From the NCBI GenBank assembly GCA_012295275.1, contig CM022670.1, positions 31,992,001 through 32,056,000 on the forward strand: 64,000 nt of DNA. The letters run 5' to 3'. Origin of the DNA: Chrysomallon squamiferum (taxonomy: Eukaryota > Animalia > Mollusca). Shown here in pieces: positions 41,441 through 55,277 of this stretch (positions within the stretch are counted from its first letter, which is position 1; each line of letters starts with the position of its first letter). The position numbers and the translations under genes are program-made. The notes beneath the pieces are model-generated. The model worked only from the letters and a program-made list of their open reading frames with translations. It did not search any database and had not been told where the DNA came from.

Positions 41441-43777
41441 AGTCGTTCCCTCTCTTTTTTCTTTTTTTTTTTTTTTTGTTTCTTGTCTCTTTCATATAGT
41501 ACTGGTTGTTATACAGATATATAAACAGTGGAAGTGTACAAACGAAACAGTTAATGTCTATTGTGAAAAATAGAAAATTGTGAAAAAGAAAAAATAATAA
41601 CGAGTAGCATTTCAGCACACTGTAATCGCAATACAAATTGTGTAAAGGTGTCATTAAACAAACGTTCATTTCTTTTATTTGAATATATTGCACTTGCATA
41701 CATAAAAGTAAACAAAAAAAATGTGGTTTAATCATACACGACAGAATAATTATCTATTTTGATCGTTATTGTTAAATAAACCTGAAAATGAGGTGTGAAA
41801 TTATACAAAAGCAAAATTTTGTGAATGTTCACATGTAAAAACAAACTACGTCAACAAAATTGAATGTGTGCTTAAAGTAAATAGAATATCTTGATGTTAG
41901 AAAAACTGTAATTCCTTTCATCTGTTTCTTCAAACCTGAAGTCTTCTCCAAAACAAGCAAAAAAAGAATCATATCAGAATTTAAACCTCGCTCAGACAGA
42001 AGTGTATGTACCTGTGTGTATCTTTAATCCAGTAATCTGCTGTTCATTTTAAGACAAAACTGTCCACTGCAAAAACATTTCCACAAAACATTCCTCCGAT
42101 GTTTATTTGGGATAATGTTTGACCAGCCAGAAGGTAAAAGCCGAGAGTTCGGGCTACGAGTTCCAAATTTCCCTTTGATATTGGAAGCTTTACCTTCAGA
42201 TAGATGCTTGCAATAGCAGACTGACATCGCGATAGCGTGCAACAAATACGCACTGTGTTTAATTAATACCATTATAGTCTTAGAACCTTTCTGTATCCAG
42301 TGATTGCACCCGGACCATTTCCCTGGGGACAGAATATGTGAAAAGTGCAAATGCATTTATTCAAGAACCAGACAAGGTTTGTACAAGTTTTATGACACTG
42401 AAAATCATAAAAGATCGAATGGGGCATATTAAACAGTGAAAGAGAACTTTGATACCCGTGTTCATGCTTCTAGTGGTCAAACACGTGTAAATGGATGCAT
42501 TGCGTGTGTTTGTCGTCTCAGGTGGTTAGGTAAACTTGAACAAGTGGGTGTGTACTATCCACAAGCTGAGCACTGACCCCGAAGGGAGAAAAGCTACAGG
42601 AAAACCATTCAGCTGAGAATGAGGGTACAACAACACTGAAGTGCATTGTTGATGATTACATAACTGTTTCTCTCCATTATCTCGGCCAGTTCTCACAGTC
42701 TTGTTTATTCTGAATCTTTTTTTTTTTTGAGGGAGGGGGCTTAGAGAAGTTGACATGAAATTTAAAAATAAATATAAAAAAAAAGAAGTAAAAGTTTTGA
42801 ATCTTTTGACAAAACTATATTTATTAATGTTTTTCATTTCTAGAAATAATATTATTTATTTTAATTTATTTATTCGTTTCGTAATTTTATATTTACATAT
42901 TCTAATCGGATTTACAAAAAAAAAAAAAAGGCACCATGCTACTATTCCGAAATCATTAATGCGTCATTAATATAATATAATCTATTCACTATATTGATAA
43001 AAAAAAAAAAAAAAATGTGCTACATGGACAGTTTCCTTTAATGCTACCTGGATGTCATGAATTATTAAGTTAGAAGCTTACCTAATGCTGACATCACATT
43101 AGTTGAGTCATGAAATAAAAGTATGAGTCGTGATAAATATAAATATTTTATTACTTTATTACCCTATGACAGGTATGTGTGTACAACTCGAAATGACTTT
43201 ACCTCCTAAAACTGCATCATCACCTGCATCACCATCATCACCATCATCACCATCATCACCAGTATTACTGATGATCATCATCACGATGCTGAAAATGCTG
43301 GTGACGACGACGACGATAACAACAATCACAAATTCTGTGTGTGTGTTGAATTGCGTGTTAGACAATTCAATATCAGACGCATATTCAGACACGTCTTCAG
43401 CAGAACACACGCTTAGGTAACACACGCTTACACACAAATCGATACAGTGACACGCTCGCACATACAGGTACACGTTAGTACACATTAACCGACTTACGTC
43501 AGCCGAATAAACGCGACGGCAGAACGTCATTAACACCAGTGTAGTTGCAGAAATAGCATCTGCGTCACTGAAATTGTATAGATCATGTTATTCAGTTCAG
43601 ATAGATTTTGTACGATTTGTTGTTAAGGATAAACAAAAACAAACTACATCCAGTTGTTGAAAACATGTTATGAATCGTAGCCATGACCTACTATTACATT
43701 AAAAACACGAATTATATGTATCTGTGTTGCTATGTAGATTTTAATATGAGTTGTATGTGGTTGTATAAACGTAATTT

Positions 43778-43841
<64 letters not shown>

Positions 43842-46800
43842 CTATTATTATTATTATTATTAATGTGCTTGTAGCTGCGTATCAAGTTTATATTTTAGTA
43901 CTTAATTGTGGTACATATGCGTGCGTGTTTGTGAAAACATGTATGTGCGTAATATGTATGTATGCATGTATATATGCACGTACGTGTATTTCTGTTAATT
44001 TATATCATTAAACATGGATGTGTATGCATGTATATTAGTATATATATATATATATATATACGTGTGTGTGTGTGTGTCTATTTATTATAATACTATGTCT
44101 AAAAATGAAGGACAATGAGACCAGTTTGCTGAAATGTGTTTGTAATATCATTTATTATTTCTCTGAACCTGTATACCTCTTAACTGTTTCAGGCTTTACC
44201 ATTCTGGGTTCAGCTAGTACAAGACTATCGACCAAACTAATATCCTGGTTTCAGCGTTTGTCTACAATAACACATACCAATCACATACAGATTCTAATAA
44301 GACTTCTCCTCGGCTTATGAAGGAATGAGGTTTTTCTTTCATCATCGTCCATCCTCAGTGGAAGATAATGTAATCTCATGGTCAGTCTTGACACCCGGCC
44401 GGCTACCCACACATATTACTCATGTGATGACAGTACAAATGACACACACTAATTACTAACGAGTGATATTGATTATTGTGACCATCAAATTAGTAATCCG
44501 CTGTGTTCACTTAATTATTATTATTTATTTTTTTTATCAACGGTCGTACCCGTCGACCTTTATTTATTTATTTATTTATTTTTAATAATGTATAAAATAA
44601 AATTTAATGTTCAAGTACTTATATCATAGTGCTATATGTAGTGTTATATATTTGTATAAAGAACGAAATTATTTATTTTACGTTTTGTTTTTATATATTG
44701 TATTCTCTATAACCTTCTTTTTGAAAGAAACAAGGTTTATGTAACAATCTCAGGTGGTTATAATTTTAGAAATGAAGGCTTGAATCTTTGTGTCATCCTT
44801 GATTATGTACTTCACTACTTTATATAATGAGTAACTTTCGTTTTATCTTTCTCTTTTTCTCGTCCTTCTCTCTCTCTGTCTCACACATACATATATACAA
44901 ACGTGCACACTAAGCTTCGCAAATTCGTTCAGAACATACGTGATTGCTTTCTCACATATGTACCCTCAACACGAGAGGCTTATGGTTAATTGGATGCAAG
45001 CACCTAAATTCACTTGGTGGAAAATTAAATCACAATGTGAACTGGTAACCAGGGCAATCCCACCTAACGTCTAATTCCTGATTTTCCTACTCACACCTCA
45101 AATTCCCATGAAATATCAGGTCGGTTATCAAACACAAGAGGCCGCGTACAGAGTGTTTTGTATTTTGAAATACTTGTCATTAGCTTGATTTGTAACAATC
45201 ATCAGGGTCATGTGGTATTTCACGTACAGAAAAAAAAAAAATTATAATAATAAAAAAGTTTAAAAATTAAAAAAAAAGTGAAACAGAGGAGTTGCTTTAT
45301 ACGAGATAGACTCAATTAAGTTCTTATAACATTCAGATCTTTTAAAAAAAAGTCTTTAGCGGCAGTCAAACATGATATAGCCGACTAAATGGAGGAATAT
45401 AATACACGGCTTAAGTCAAATATCATACAAGAAGCAATGAGTGGGAGAGAGAAGGCAACAGGCACGGAAACAATTTCAACAAACAGTTAAAAAGCATTCC
45501 CATGTTGCTTTTCAATGCGAGCAGTTTGATTACAAAAGTATGCTGGAACCGCCGTGTCGTTTCGAGGGGGTTCACAAGTTCAAATCAAACTGTAAGGATT
45601 ATCTGTGTCACCTCAGAGCCGACCCCTTTCAAGTTGTTCAAGCCGGATATGAAAACTGGACCGTGGAGAGAAGAAAATGGGGTCAATTAAAGAAATCACC
45701 TGCAGGATAAGACCAATGAGTGAAACCTGCTGAATACAACACCTGTCTATAATGTGCTATTCAGAAATCATAGGCAGAATCCATACGAGTATGCGTATTG
45801 TTATGTACACACCGATGGCAGTTCTATCCGCTACTTTGGGGGGTTTAGTGCTCATTAATAATATTAACGTTTTCTAGATAACTAACTTCTTGTTTTATTT
45901 CTGGGTTCATTATAACAAATTTAATATCAATTAATCATTACAGATATTAAAGGTTCAAGGTTGAGCTCATTATCCCATTATGTGTCCATGACGAGAGAAC
46001 TATATAATAAATGATGTAATAATTTAGATAGCTTCTGTGGAAGAGGTTTTGTCTAGTAATGACATACTTTACGTCTGATTCGTGTTGACATTTCTTAGGA
46101 TAGCGTCTGCTTCGTTACCACCCTTACTGTGTAACTTGACTTCTCAATATAAGCTTTGAAACATACGTTAAATAATAACGAAATATTAAGTGACAAGAGT
46201 AACTCAACTTCTAGACATGATAGATCGTGATACATAAACTGCCGAGACGCTTCATTTAACAGCTGGGTTTTCTTTTTATCTGCCTTCGCCAGTGGTTCAC
46301 GCACAGACTGGAACCTTTCCAATTACCAGACACTAATAACCCCGTCAAGCGCTACCAAACACAATACACACAAATATATAACACATAAATGTATATGTCC
46401 GTATGTATACAAACTCGATATAGGTCATTACTTACAATTGCCCGAATTAACCTATATAATCTTTTTTTATTTATTTCTTAGTATCGAGGTACTTGCTATT
46501 TCAATAGAGATTTACCCGATTTTCTTTTCATACTGGTGTGTCGTTAAACGTTCACCCGTCCATTCCTTCTTCTGTTAACGATTCCAATAAAACTGCGGTT
46601 ATTTTTATGAGACTTTCTACTTTGAAATGTGACATGTCCGAAATTGTCAATGAAAAGCAATGAGTTGGTAAAATTTGACAAATACCACCTGTATTTATAA
46701 ATAAATAAATAATAAATTATAACATGTTTTAATTACTTCTGATAACCGATAACATGGTGAATAGTTCAGTTTAATAGGAACAAATCCCACTAGAACTGGA

Positions 46801-47499
46801 TTAGTCAGAAAATTAACGAGTCTAGTATAAACACTCTTTTTCTCTTGCTAAACGTAAATAAAATACTGCTGCAAGAAAACGTTGATCAGAGGTTTCAAAT
46901 AGCCCCCAACCACACCAAAAAATGTATATATCCAATATACTATACAATATATAATAATAAAATTAAATTAAATTTCGTTATGAAATACTCGGTTATGATG
47001 ATTAATCGAATTTTGACACGATAATAAAATAAAGTATAATACATAATTTACAAAATACGAAAAATAAACTAAATAAATAGAAGAAAATAAAGTTTTAAAA
47101 ATTTACAATTTATGGCATTAAAACATACTGTAAACGTCTTTTCACGCTTCGTTGGATTAACAGCAGATTTCCGTCTCCACAAGGAAAAAACAAAAGTCCT
47201 TGAATAAACATTGCTTCCCAGTGGACTAGGCTTGTTTTCTGTAGACACCGCGTTGCAAGAGACGGTGTTAAAACCACGCAAGAGCGGCCGTTTCAAAGCA
47301 TTTTAGTTGTGATTTGCTTTTTGTTGTGAAAACAATGTGGATATTGTTGGCGACATAATCCCTATGACGCAACATTCGAAAGGTTTTCACAGCGATACAT
47401 TTCTTTAAGTATACTGCCAGAAGAGACAAACCCCATTTGTTTTTTTAAGCAGTGTATGTACGTCTGCTGAATTTCACAACCTCAGCATTTTTAATCAAC

Positions 47500-48652
47500 A
47501 CTAAGAAAACACTAAATAAACAAAAATAAAGAGAAAACAGGTGGATTTTTCATTTCAGTTTCTTTTACTACAAGTATAAGAAACAGTGATACAAATACTG
47601 CGAATACAAAAGTTAAGAGCTATGAGAAAAAATATGTAGCTCCTTTTGTTCGTTGGACTGTTTTTTGTTTTAATATATAAATATTAAATAGCACACATGG
47701 TTTCATACGGAGGTGTTTTGCTTTTTTTCTTTCAGTTAAATATATAAGAAATAAATATCACCCCTGACGTATGACATTTTATATACAGACAATCTACAGT
47801 AGATTTCATACAAAATCATTTAATGTATACTTTTAAAAAAATTAACTGTTTTTTATCCTGCGACTTGAGCGTCTGACACATTTCATTAATATAGTTTTAG
47901 TAAAAAAAAAAAAAACAAACAAAAAAAACCTACAAAATTTACAAAATTTGAAGTCTATAAATCTGGGATATACATTGTCATTGTTAAAACCATGCATCCA
48001 TGAAGATTATGCGTAGAAACGTCCCTTCTGAGACAAGAGAAAACACAGCTTCATACAATCCATATCCTTTTTGGAGCAGGCTCCGTCCGTTCGGTAAACG
48101 AGTCCGAAATTTGTTTCTTAGCAGACGGCGACAGTTGGTAATAACACGTCTACTGGATCGTCTGCTAAAACCCGATTTTAAAATGAGGTCAAGTCAAACA
48201 AACGGCACAGACGCCCGCTCGGATCAGATCTTCCAGTTGTTTGTAAGACTGCGTTTTGTCCATCACAAACGATCACACGGAGGGACAGCCAAATACATGG
48301 GATTCTTTACACTGGCAATTTTATGTACAATTCCAAGTTCAAAAGTTTGAGATGCATAGTTTCTGGCCTGAGGTCCGTGGGTCGATACACTTAGTTCAAG
48401 TGTACGGCTGCCGAAGAAATATTAATACACCCAAATGTACACTTGTCAAAAAGGCAGCGTCACAAAGTATATAGTTTGTTTGTGTGTATGCGTATTGGTT
48501 TTTTTTCTTCTTTTTTTGCTTTTCGAGTCTGTGGTCCGCGTATCCATTCACAAAAAGTTTTGGAAAAAAGATGAAACACACTATAATAATGTATAATATA
48601 TTTATATATATATATATATCTCTTTGCACTTAAGTCCCTTAAAAGAATTATG
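47500..48652 (-). other. Probable SoxC 3' UTR (3' end uncertain)
   Basis: Follows the stop codon. U-rich on the mRNA strand, with Pumilio-type UGUAHAUA elements and ATTAAA/AGTAAA-type signals around 47.5-47.8 kb. No unambiguous cleavage site identified. Confidence 0.45.
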
Positions 48653-49666
48653 TCACTGAGTTGAAATGAGAGAACCTAGACTTGATTCGAGCCAGTCGTG
48701 CTCAAGTCCGATCATTTCGCTCACTTCTGGGGCATTATAGTCCGGGAACTCGAAATGAGACCCGTTAGCACTTCCCTGAATGTCAAAGGCAAAATCAGAG
48801 TCCGTGAATTTACTTAAATCCAGACTCCCCAAGTCTAGTTGCCAGTTGGAAGGTAGTTGTAACACATCGGTAAGATTGTCCAAGTCAGCGAGGGTGGAGC
48901 CCTCTGGTTGTTGATCTGCCTGTCTTTGGATAATGGGTTGGACTTTTTGAGGCTCCTGGTGGGGGGAACACGTTGTCTCGTATGCTTCATCGGGGTAGAA
49001 GCTCGCAGACTCTGGGGTTGGAGGAGTATACACAGTGGGACTGGAAGGTACCTTGGCTGGTGGCGTCAGCTGGCTATTTGACACAGGCACTTGTTTACTC
49101 GCCTTGATGCTCTCCTTAAATTTGCGATCGATGGTGAGTTTCAGCTTGAGTCTGTTAGCGCTGTTGAGCTGCTGGTTATTCGGAGTGGTACAATTATTGT
49201 TCTGAACGTACTGAGCAGTGGCTTTGGCAAGCTTTTTGCTCTTGTCATTTCTTGACGGCTTCGAGGAAGGTTTAGACACCTTACCGTGTTCGATTTTTCC
49301 TGTCGTCGGTTTTCCCTTCTTCCGTGGACGGTATTTGTAATCGGGGTATTCCTGCATGTGAAGAACTCTTAACCGTTCCGCTTCCTCCACGTAGGGCTGT
49401 CTCTCTTCCTCGGAAAGTAATTTCCAACGTTTTCCCAATCTTTTGCTTATCTCAGCGTTATGCATCTCTGGTGACACTTCGGAAATCTTCCTCCTTTCCA
49501 GTTGTGACCACACCATAAAAGCATTCATAGGCCGTTTGATATGATTCGTATGTTTTTTGCAGTTAGTGGCATCGGAATACGGCGTTAATGACTGAGGATC
49601 CACTACATGCGATCCAAACTCTGGCAACATTTCCCCGTCCTCTTTACTTATGTGTTGAGGTGCCAT
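48653..49666 (-). CDS. SoxC: SoxC (Sox4/11/12 group) HMG-box transcription factor, 337 aa, single coding exon
   Basis: HMG box [20 protein letters not shown]...[14 protein letters not shown]...[15 protein letters not shown] has SoxC-type residues. It also has the N-terminal TPYSDAT motif and the C-terminal SoxC transactivation motif [15 protein letters not shown]...WLESSL. Confidence 0.97.
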   Translation of the reverse strand: MAPQHISKEDGEMLPEFGSHVVDPQSLTPYSDATNCKKHTNHIKRPMNAFMVWSQLERRKISEVSPEMHNAEISKRLGKRWKLLSEEERQPYVEEAERLRVLHMQEYPDYKYRPRKKGKPTTGKIEHGKVSKPSSKPSRNDKSKKLAKATAQYVQNNNCTTPNNQQLNSANRLKLKLTIDRKFKESIKASKQVPVSNSQLTPPAKVPSSPTVYTPPTPESASFYPDEAYETTCSPHQEPQKVQPIIQRQADQQPEGSTLADLDNLTDVLQLPSNWQLDLGSLDLSKFTDSDFAFDIQGSANGSHFEFPDYNAPEVSEMIGLEHDWLESSLGSLISTQ

Positions 49667-49774
49667 AGTGTATGGTAAAAAAATCCAATGTGAAGTCCAG
49701 CAAACCTTCAGTCGAAGGGCGGTTCACAGAATAAAATTTATGTCACGATCTCTTCTTGTTTCGTTGGAAGACGG

Positions 49775-49920
49775 TCTCAAACTGGAGCTTCCAAACACCG
49801 TACGCTGTTTTTACCCACGCGGCTGTCGATTAGAAAAAGGGGGCGGAGCTACAACACAATGCTTTAGCCAATCGCTTCGATTCTCGCCCAACAGACTTAC
49901 TACGCTTCCCTGCACGTGGC
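49775..49920 (-). promoter_or_regulatory. SoxC core/proximal promoter
   Basis: On the minus strand, TAAAAA starts at 49813, 30 nt before an Inr-like CCAGTT (A at 49783). GC box GGGGCGGAG ~49840, AGCCAATC ~49866, CACGTG 49913 and CACGCG 49816. Confidence 0.6.
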
Positions 49921-52900
49921 CTGTGAGTAAACTTAGATTTTAACTGTCCAGCTACACTTTCTGGGCCCTCGGTAAATCTGCAACAACTCGGATCCGAGAA
50001 GCAGGCTCAACTGGAAGACTTTTGATTCAAAAGAGCAAACATTTTCATAACCCCCTAGTTTTGTTTCGCGTACTTCAGTCCCAGTCGCTAATTCTTGTAA
50101 GTCTGGTCTGAATGACTTAGTGTACACTTTTCACTTCCGTCAGATCTATATTTACACCAAGGTTTTTGACCTAGATTTGTTCAGTCTGTCTTCGAACGAA
50201 CTGTTAGCGGAGATTCGTGTTTATCCAGACTTGAGCTTGACACTTTAATTGTTTGACGTAACATTTACTTGAGGCGGGGGCTAGGGAGGGAGGTGATGGA
50301 CTGAAACAAATGATGTAATGTTCCATCAGTGCGGTCTAATTAAAAACTTATACATACATATATAGAACGTATAAAATTATTCCTTTACGAAAACAGTAGA
50401 ATAGTATGACTGTGACGAAGTTTCTGCTAATAATGGCAATTTTGTTTTACCATCCTTAATCCAGTATGCCATAGCTATTTACAAGTGGCTTAGGGCAATA
50501 ACTTTGTAACATTTGGGAGCGCAATAGAGAAGATACCCTGGGGAAGTATACTCGCTGTTTTATTCTAATTAGAATTGTATTTTTTACGTCAGTAATATAT
50601 TTTATCTGAAGTCGATATTTAATTGTTATTTCTTTCTTAAATATATTATTTTTATTTTTATTATATATTTTTATTTTGTTAGTTGTAGTTGTTGTTGTGT
50701 TTTGTTTTTTGAGGCCGGGGGGGGAGGGACAAACTGTAATGTTTTTAATAATAAATAAATACCGCAATTCAAGTAGTCAACACCTTTAGTTAGTCAACAC
50801 CACCGCCAACAACAAAAACAACAACAACGATAATAATGATAATAATAGTGTAATCTCAGTTCAATGGTTTTTTTACATGATATATACAGACTAAACAAAA
50901 AATCTGTTTTTACCTGAGATATTACATTTATCTTATACAAAATGTGTCATTGTGCTATTTTCATTTAGATGAGTCAAAATCAACTTGCGTGTAGCAGTAC
51001 TCAAACGTAATATGTAGGTACACATAAGGCACAAATGCAAGCACATATACATAGATACACAAAGATACATACATAGTGATACGCACATATACATACACAC
51101 ACAGATACACACATACACAGCTAAATACATTCTTACATACATATATGTACATACGTACATACATTCATAAGTGCATACATCCATCCATACGTACATAAAA
51201 CTACAAGTGAGTGTATGCGAGTGAAACGAACGCAGATGATTATTTTTTTATATATAAACATCTGTGTAATACACGCCCTTAAATATCAAACATTAAACAG
51301 AACTAAAGAACAAACTTGGATATAGTTTAGTAATAAAGAGAAATCACTTTAATTATTTATGGTGTATATTGTCACAGTCACTGCCAATACCTTTTGCACA
51401 TGACATGACCGTTACCCGTACGTTCACAGAAACAAGGTGTCCGCCCATATGTGCACACGGCAATATGTGATGAATAATTTATTGGCGTCATTTTTAGCGT
51501 GAGATTTCTACACCATCTTTTTAATAGAGTAAATAGGCTATAGTGTATGTTATTCTGGGAAAAGTTAAGATATGAAACAAGAATTAAAATTACTTAGGGA
51601 TAATCAATAAAAAGAAAATGTAACTGACTTACATTCATTTATCTGTAACAGTTGTAATTATTTCTGTAGTGAATGGAATATGATTCAACTAATATTTGTT
51701 TTATTCTGCTAGTCACGTTTCCGATAATCTCCCCTTAATCCCCCTTTCTCTTTTTTTCTCTCGCCTCCCCCCTTTTGATTTATTATTTATCTAACAAATA
51801 TAATTAAGGAAGTGTTTGGACTGAATTTTCTTCTATTCAAATCATTTACAGACGCACAGTCACTCCTGACACACACACACGTATAGGCATGCACTCGCAC
51901 GCACACATACACCGCTATCGAGTTATACAAACATTTTTAGTATTATTTTTATAGACACAAATTTAAAACTGCATTTTAAATATAACAATACAAATACAAA
52001 TACCACCATGTATTATGCTTTATTAGCGATTTTGTATTGTTAATGTAGTATTCAAATATGACATTTGATTTAAGACGGTTCTATGAAGAATACGGAAATA
52101 ACGTCAGTGTAAGATAATAAAATGATATCGAAATTCATTTCTTAAATTACGTAATTGATTTAATTAACATTCTTACTTACTCCTTCCGTAATTAACATTT
52201 GACACCGAGCTAATTCAGTAAGAATAGACAAACTTTAACAAGCGCTAATTCCTCATACTTACAGATATATAAATAAATTAAAACAGTCTCATTAACACCT
52301 TTTCAAAACATACCTGACATTTAACAGTATCACTTTACTCGAGTAAAATTGAAAATAAAAAATAACATGGTTAAAAAAATAAAAATATGACACATTTGGC
52401 CCTGTCAACGTGAATGACACATTCGATACCGATTTGTTTAGCCTGGCAGTTCGAGTTATCGCAGTCGCTATTAGGATTGGTATTAGTGGGGTAGGACAAG
52501 GCTATGTATTTTCCTTCTCCGTTGCTAATTAACCCTTTTCCGATTAGCATGACTCACTCATCATCTTCAAGATTTTCTGCATTGATCATCAGTGTTTACA
52601 GATACGAAGAGTTAAACACGTGAAACACTCACTCCCTGCTTGCTCCACCTTGTAATCAAGTACATTTTGTATATTATATTACGGTGCATTCAGTGTTTTG
52701 TTTAAAGTGAATGCTTAAAAACAATTTGCGTATTTTATTCATTGTCGTCAAACTCCTCACGACTAATTTTCATTTCTTTACCGAGGACTGCTAATTAAAA
52801 AAACAAAATTTTGCTAATTAATAAACAAAATGGTTAGTAATAAATATATCGTTTTGTTTTTATTTTTATGAAGAAGATGATAATGTTGCTGCTACTACTA

Positions 52901-53177
52901 CTAATAATAACAATAATAATAACATTATTATTATTATTAATGTTGTTCTTGTTGTTATTATTATTTTTAATATGTATAACGTTTTAGAAACAAGATATGT
53001 AATCTCAATTAAATTTTCCTTTGTTAATAAGTATAACAAAAAAAAATAAAAAAATATGTCACTTAATATTTGTCTAATGGCACCTTATACACCCAATTAA
53101 TTATATTATTAAATATTATAAAATACAATTTTTTTTTTTTTTTTTTTGTTAAATGAGGTTTAACCAGTTGATTTATT

Positions 53178-53345
53178 GATTAGCAGCAAAAGATCTTTTA
53201 TTTGTATCTTTCCATAGAAAGAAAACCACATACCACAAGATTTCATGAATCAGTTGTGGCGCCCAGGCTGGAACGGAAAATTGTTCAATAGCTGCAGTGA
53301 GAAGACTAGATCCTACGATGTACCAGATACTCAGATCCTCTCTTT
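53178..53345 (-). mobile_element. Degenerate SINE copy
   Basis: GATTAGCAGCAAAAGATCTTTTA...CACATACCAC...GGCTGGAACGGAAAA is the reverse complement of the blocks at 22.0, 33.9 and 5.2 kb. Confidence 0.6.
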
Positions 53346-54130
53346 TATGTGTCTGCTTTTTATTCACTCATTCATTCATTCATTCATTTCTTTTTGATAG
53401 ATAAAAACAAAAATACTAATAACCAAATAATTATTATGCTAATAATGTTTACGATGTTTTAACTAATAACAAATCTGTCAGTTTCCACATTAAGAAATCT
53501 GTTTCAACTTACAGTCAGTTTACTTTGCTGTTCATTATATATATTTATTTCATCAAATTTCGTTGTTTACTCCTAACAAATATATAACCCACGCGCAGAA
53601 ATCGTGTCATGCTAACCCTCGAAGGACATCCAGGAATCAATATTCAAATTAGTCGTTTATTATCAAAATAAGGTTAAGGTTGTTTTCAAAAGTCGTGTGC
53701 AGTAAGAAATCGATCATTAAACTGGAACTATTATTATTATTTCCCAGAATCGCCAAAACATCGTCGTTGACGTATTCACTGTCATCATCAAAGCTTTGGA
53801 ATCATTAGAATTTTATAATTAAAAATATTTCGAAAATCTGAAGAGTAAAAACCGTATGTACTTTAAAAAAATAAATAATAATATATATATATATATTTTT
53901 TTTTTTTAAAGTTGAATTAAAAATATATATATATTTCTCAAATTCTGAAGAAAAAAATTAATAATTGGGAAAACTCTGTTGACTAAAAATTTAGAGGCAA
54001 AAAATATAAATAAAAGGGAAATGAAATAAATATCCAGAAATCGCTTAATTGCCTCTATTTGTAATTTATCAAACAAGTCTCAGTAAATGTAATTTAAAAT
54101 GTTTTAGATTGATAAAGGCTTTTTCAATTG

Positions 54131-54132
<2 letters not shown>

Positions 54133-54203
<71 letters not shown>
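54133..54203. repeat. (ATT)n microsatellite
   Basis: Direct observation. Confidence 0.95.
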
Positions 54204-54204
<1 letters not shown>

Positions 54205-54484
54205 GTTTAGTTTAGTTAAGTTTTGTTTTGTTTTTTCAGTTGCATGTTAAAGCAAGTTTATCTGTAGTTGTTAATTTGGCATCGCCGTCACTTCATACCC
54301 GAACAAATATTTGATCTGGATTCTGCAAAATAAATACACTTTTGAAAATCCTGCTGCAATGAAGATGACCCCGGTGCCTGCGTCAGAGAAGAAAATCAGC
54401 TAGCGAAAACGAAGAAAAATAATCCTAGCTGAACCCAACAAAATTAATGTACGCTTCGATGATAATGGAAATTTATCATAAGAT

Positions 54485-54570
54485 CCGGGTGGCACGCGCC
54501 AGCCTCATTTGCATGACAGCCCGCGAGAGCGCCATTGTTCTCGACACGTGCTAAATCAGCATGGCCGCTT
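54485..54570. promoter_or_regulatory. Candidate SoxC upstream enhancer A
   Basis: CpG-rich patch: TGGCACGCGCCA 54490, octamer ATTTGCAT 54507, Sox motif CATTGTT 54533, CACGTG 54545. Confidence 0.55.
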
Positions 54571-54866
54571 GATGTTTTGAATTCCTAACAGAGCAAATAT
54601 GATTTTACCCGAAATTATCGATTATGCGCCCTGATATATAAAATAAGGGCTTGGGATTTAATCACATATTTTAAAGGATACAGTTCAAGTTAAATGGATG
54701 TGTCTGGTTATCCAGAAGCTTATTCATTAACATAATTTATGATCGAGTACTTTTAAATTTACATTTCTCTTTCAATTAAAGCTTAGAGAAGATGTTTATT
54801 TATTTATGAAATTAATCAAACCATAGAGCTATTCATCTAAGTGTGTTTTTTTATTATTATTATTAT

Positions 54867-54898
<32 letters not shown>

Positions 54899-55277
54899 AA
54901 TAAATAAATAATAAAGATTATATATTTTCAAAATTATTCATATTTTTTTTAAATATTAAAAAGAAAAGGGGTGAGGAAGAACTAGAAAAAAGCCAGCCTC
55001 AGCATTTTTAAAAGAGAAATAAAAATAGCCTAAAGAAATATTTCACTGAATAGGGGCAGATGGAAAGAAAATTGAGGTTAGGGACCCAGTAAAGTGACGA
55101 TGCTGTGTGTAACCCGGGCATGAACCGGGCCTATTTGTATGGCTGTCGCGACTGTGTTCGGTCGTCTGGGCCCACTTTATACATTTTAGCTCTTCAATCA
55201 GTAACATAAAGTGCCCTGAGAAATGAAATACCTGTCTCTGAAAGGTGCAAATGAAGACCTTCAAATACCCTTTGCTC

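Noticed and set aside
45441-46322. 75-89 aa ORFs downstream of SoxC
   Set aside because: Non-ATG starts, no recognisable domain and no convincing splice context.
48000-48474. Plus-strand ORFs of 116 and 72 aa antisense to the SoxC 3' UTR (also 49324-49518 and 49668-49943)
   Set aside because: No homology recognised; explained by locally higher GC and the antisense shadow of SoxC.
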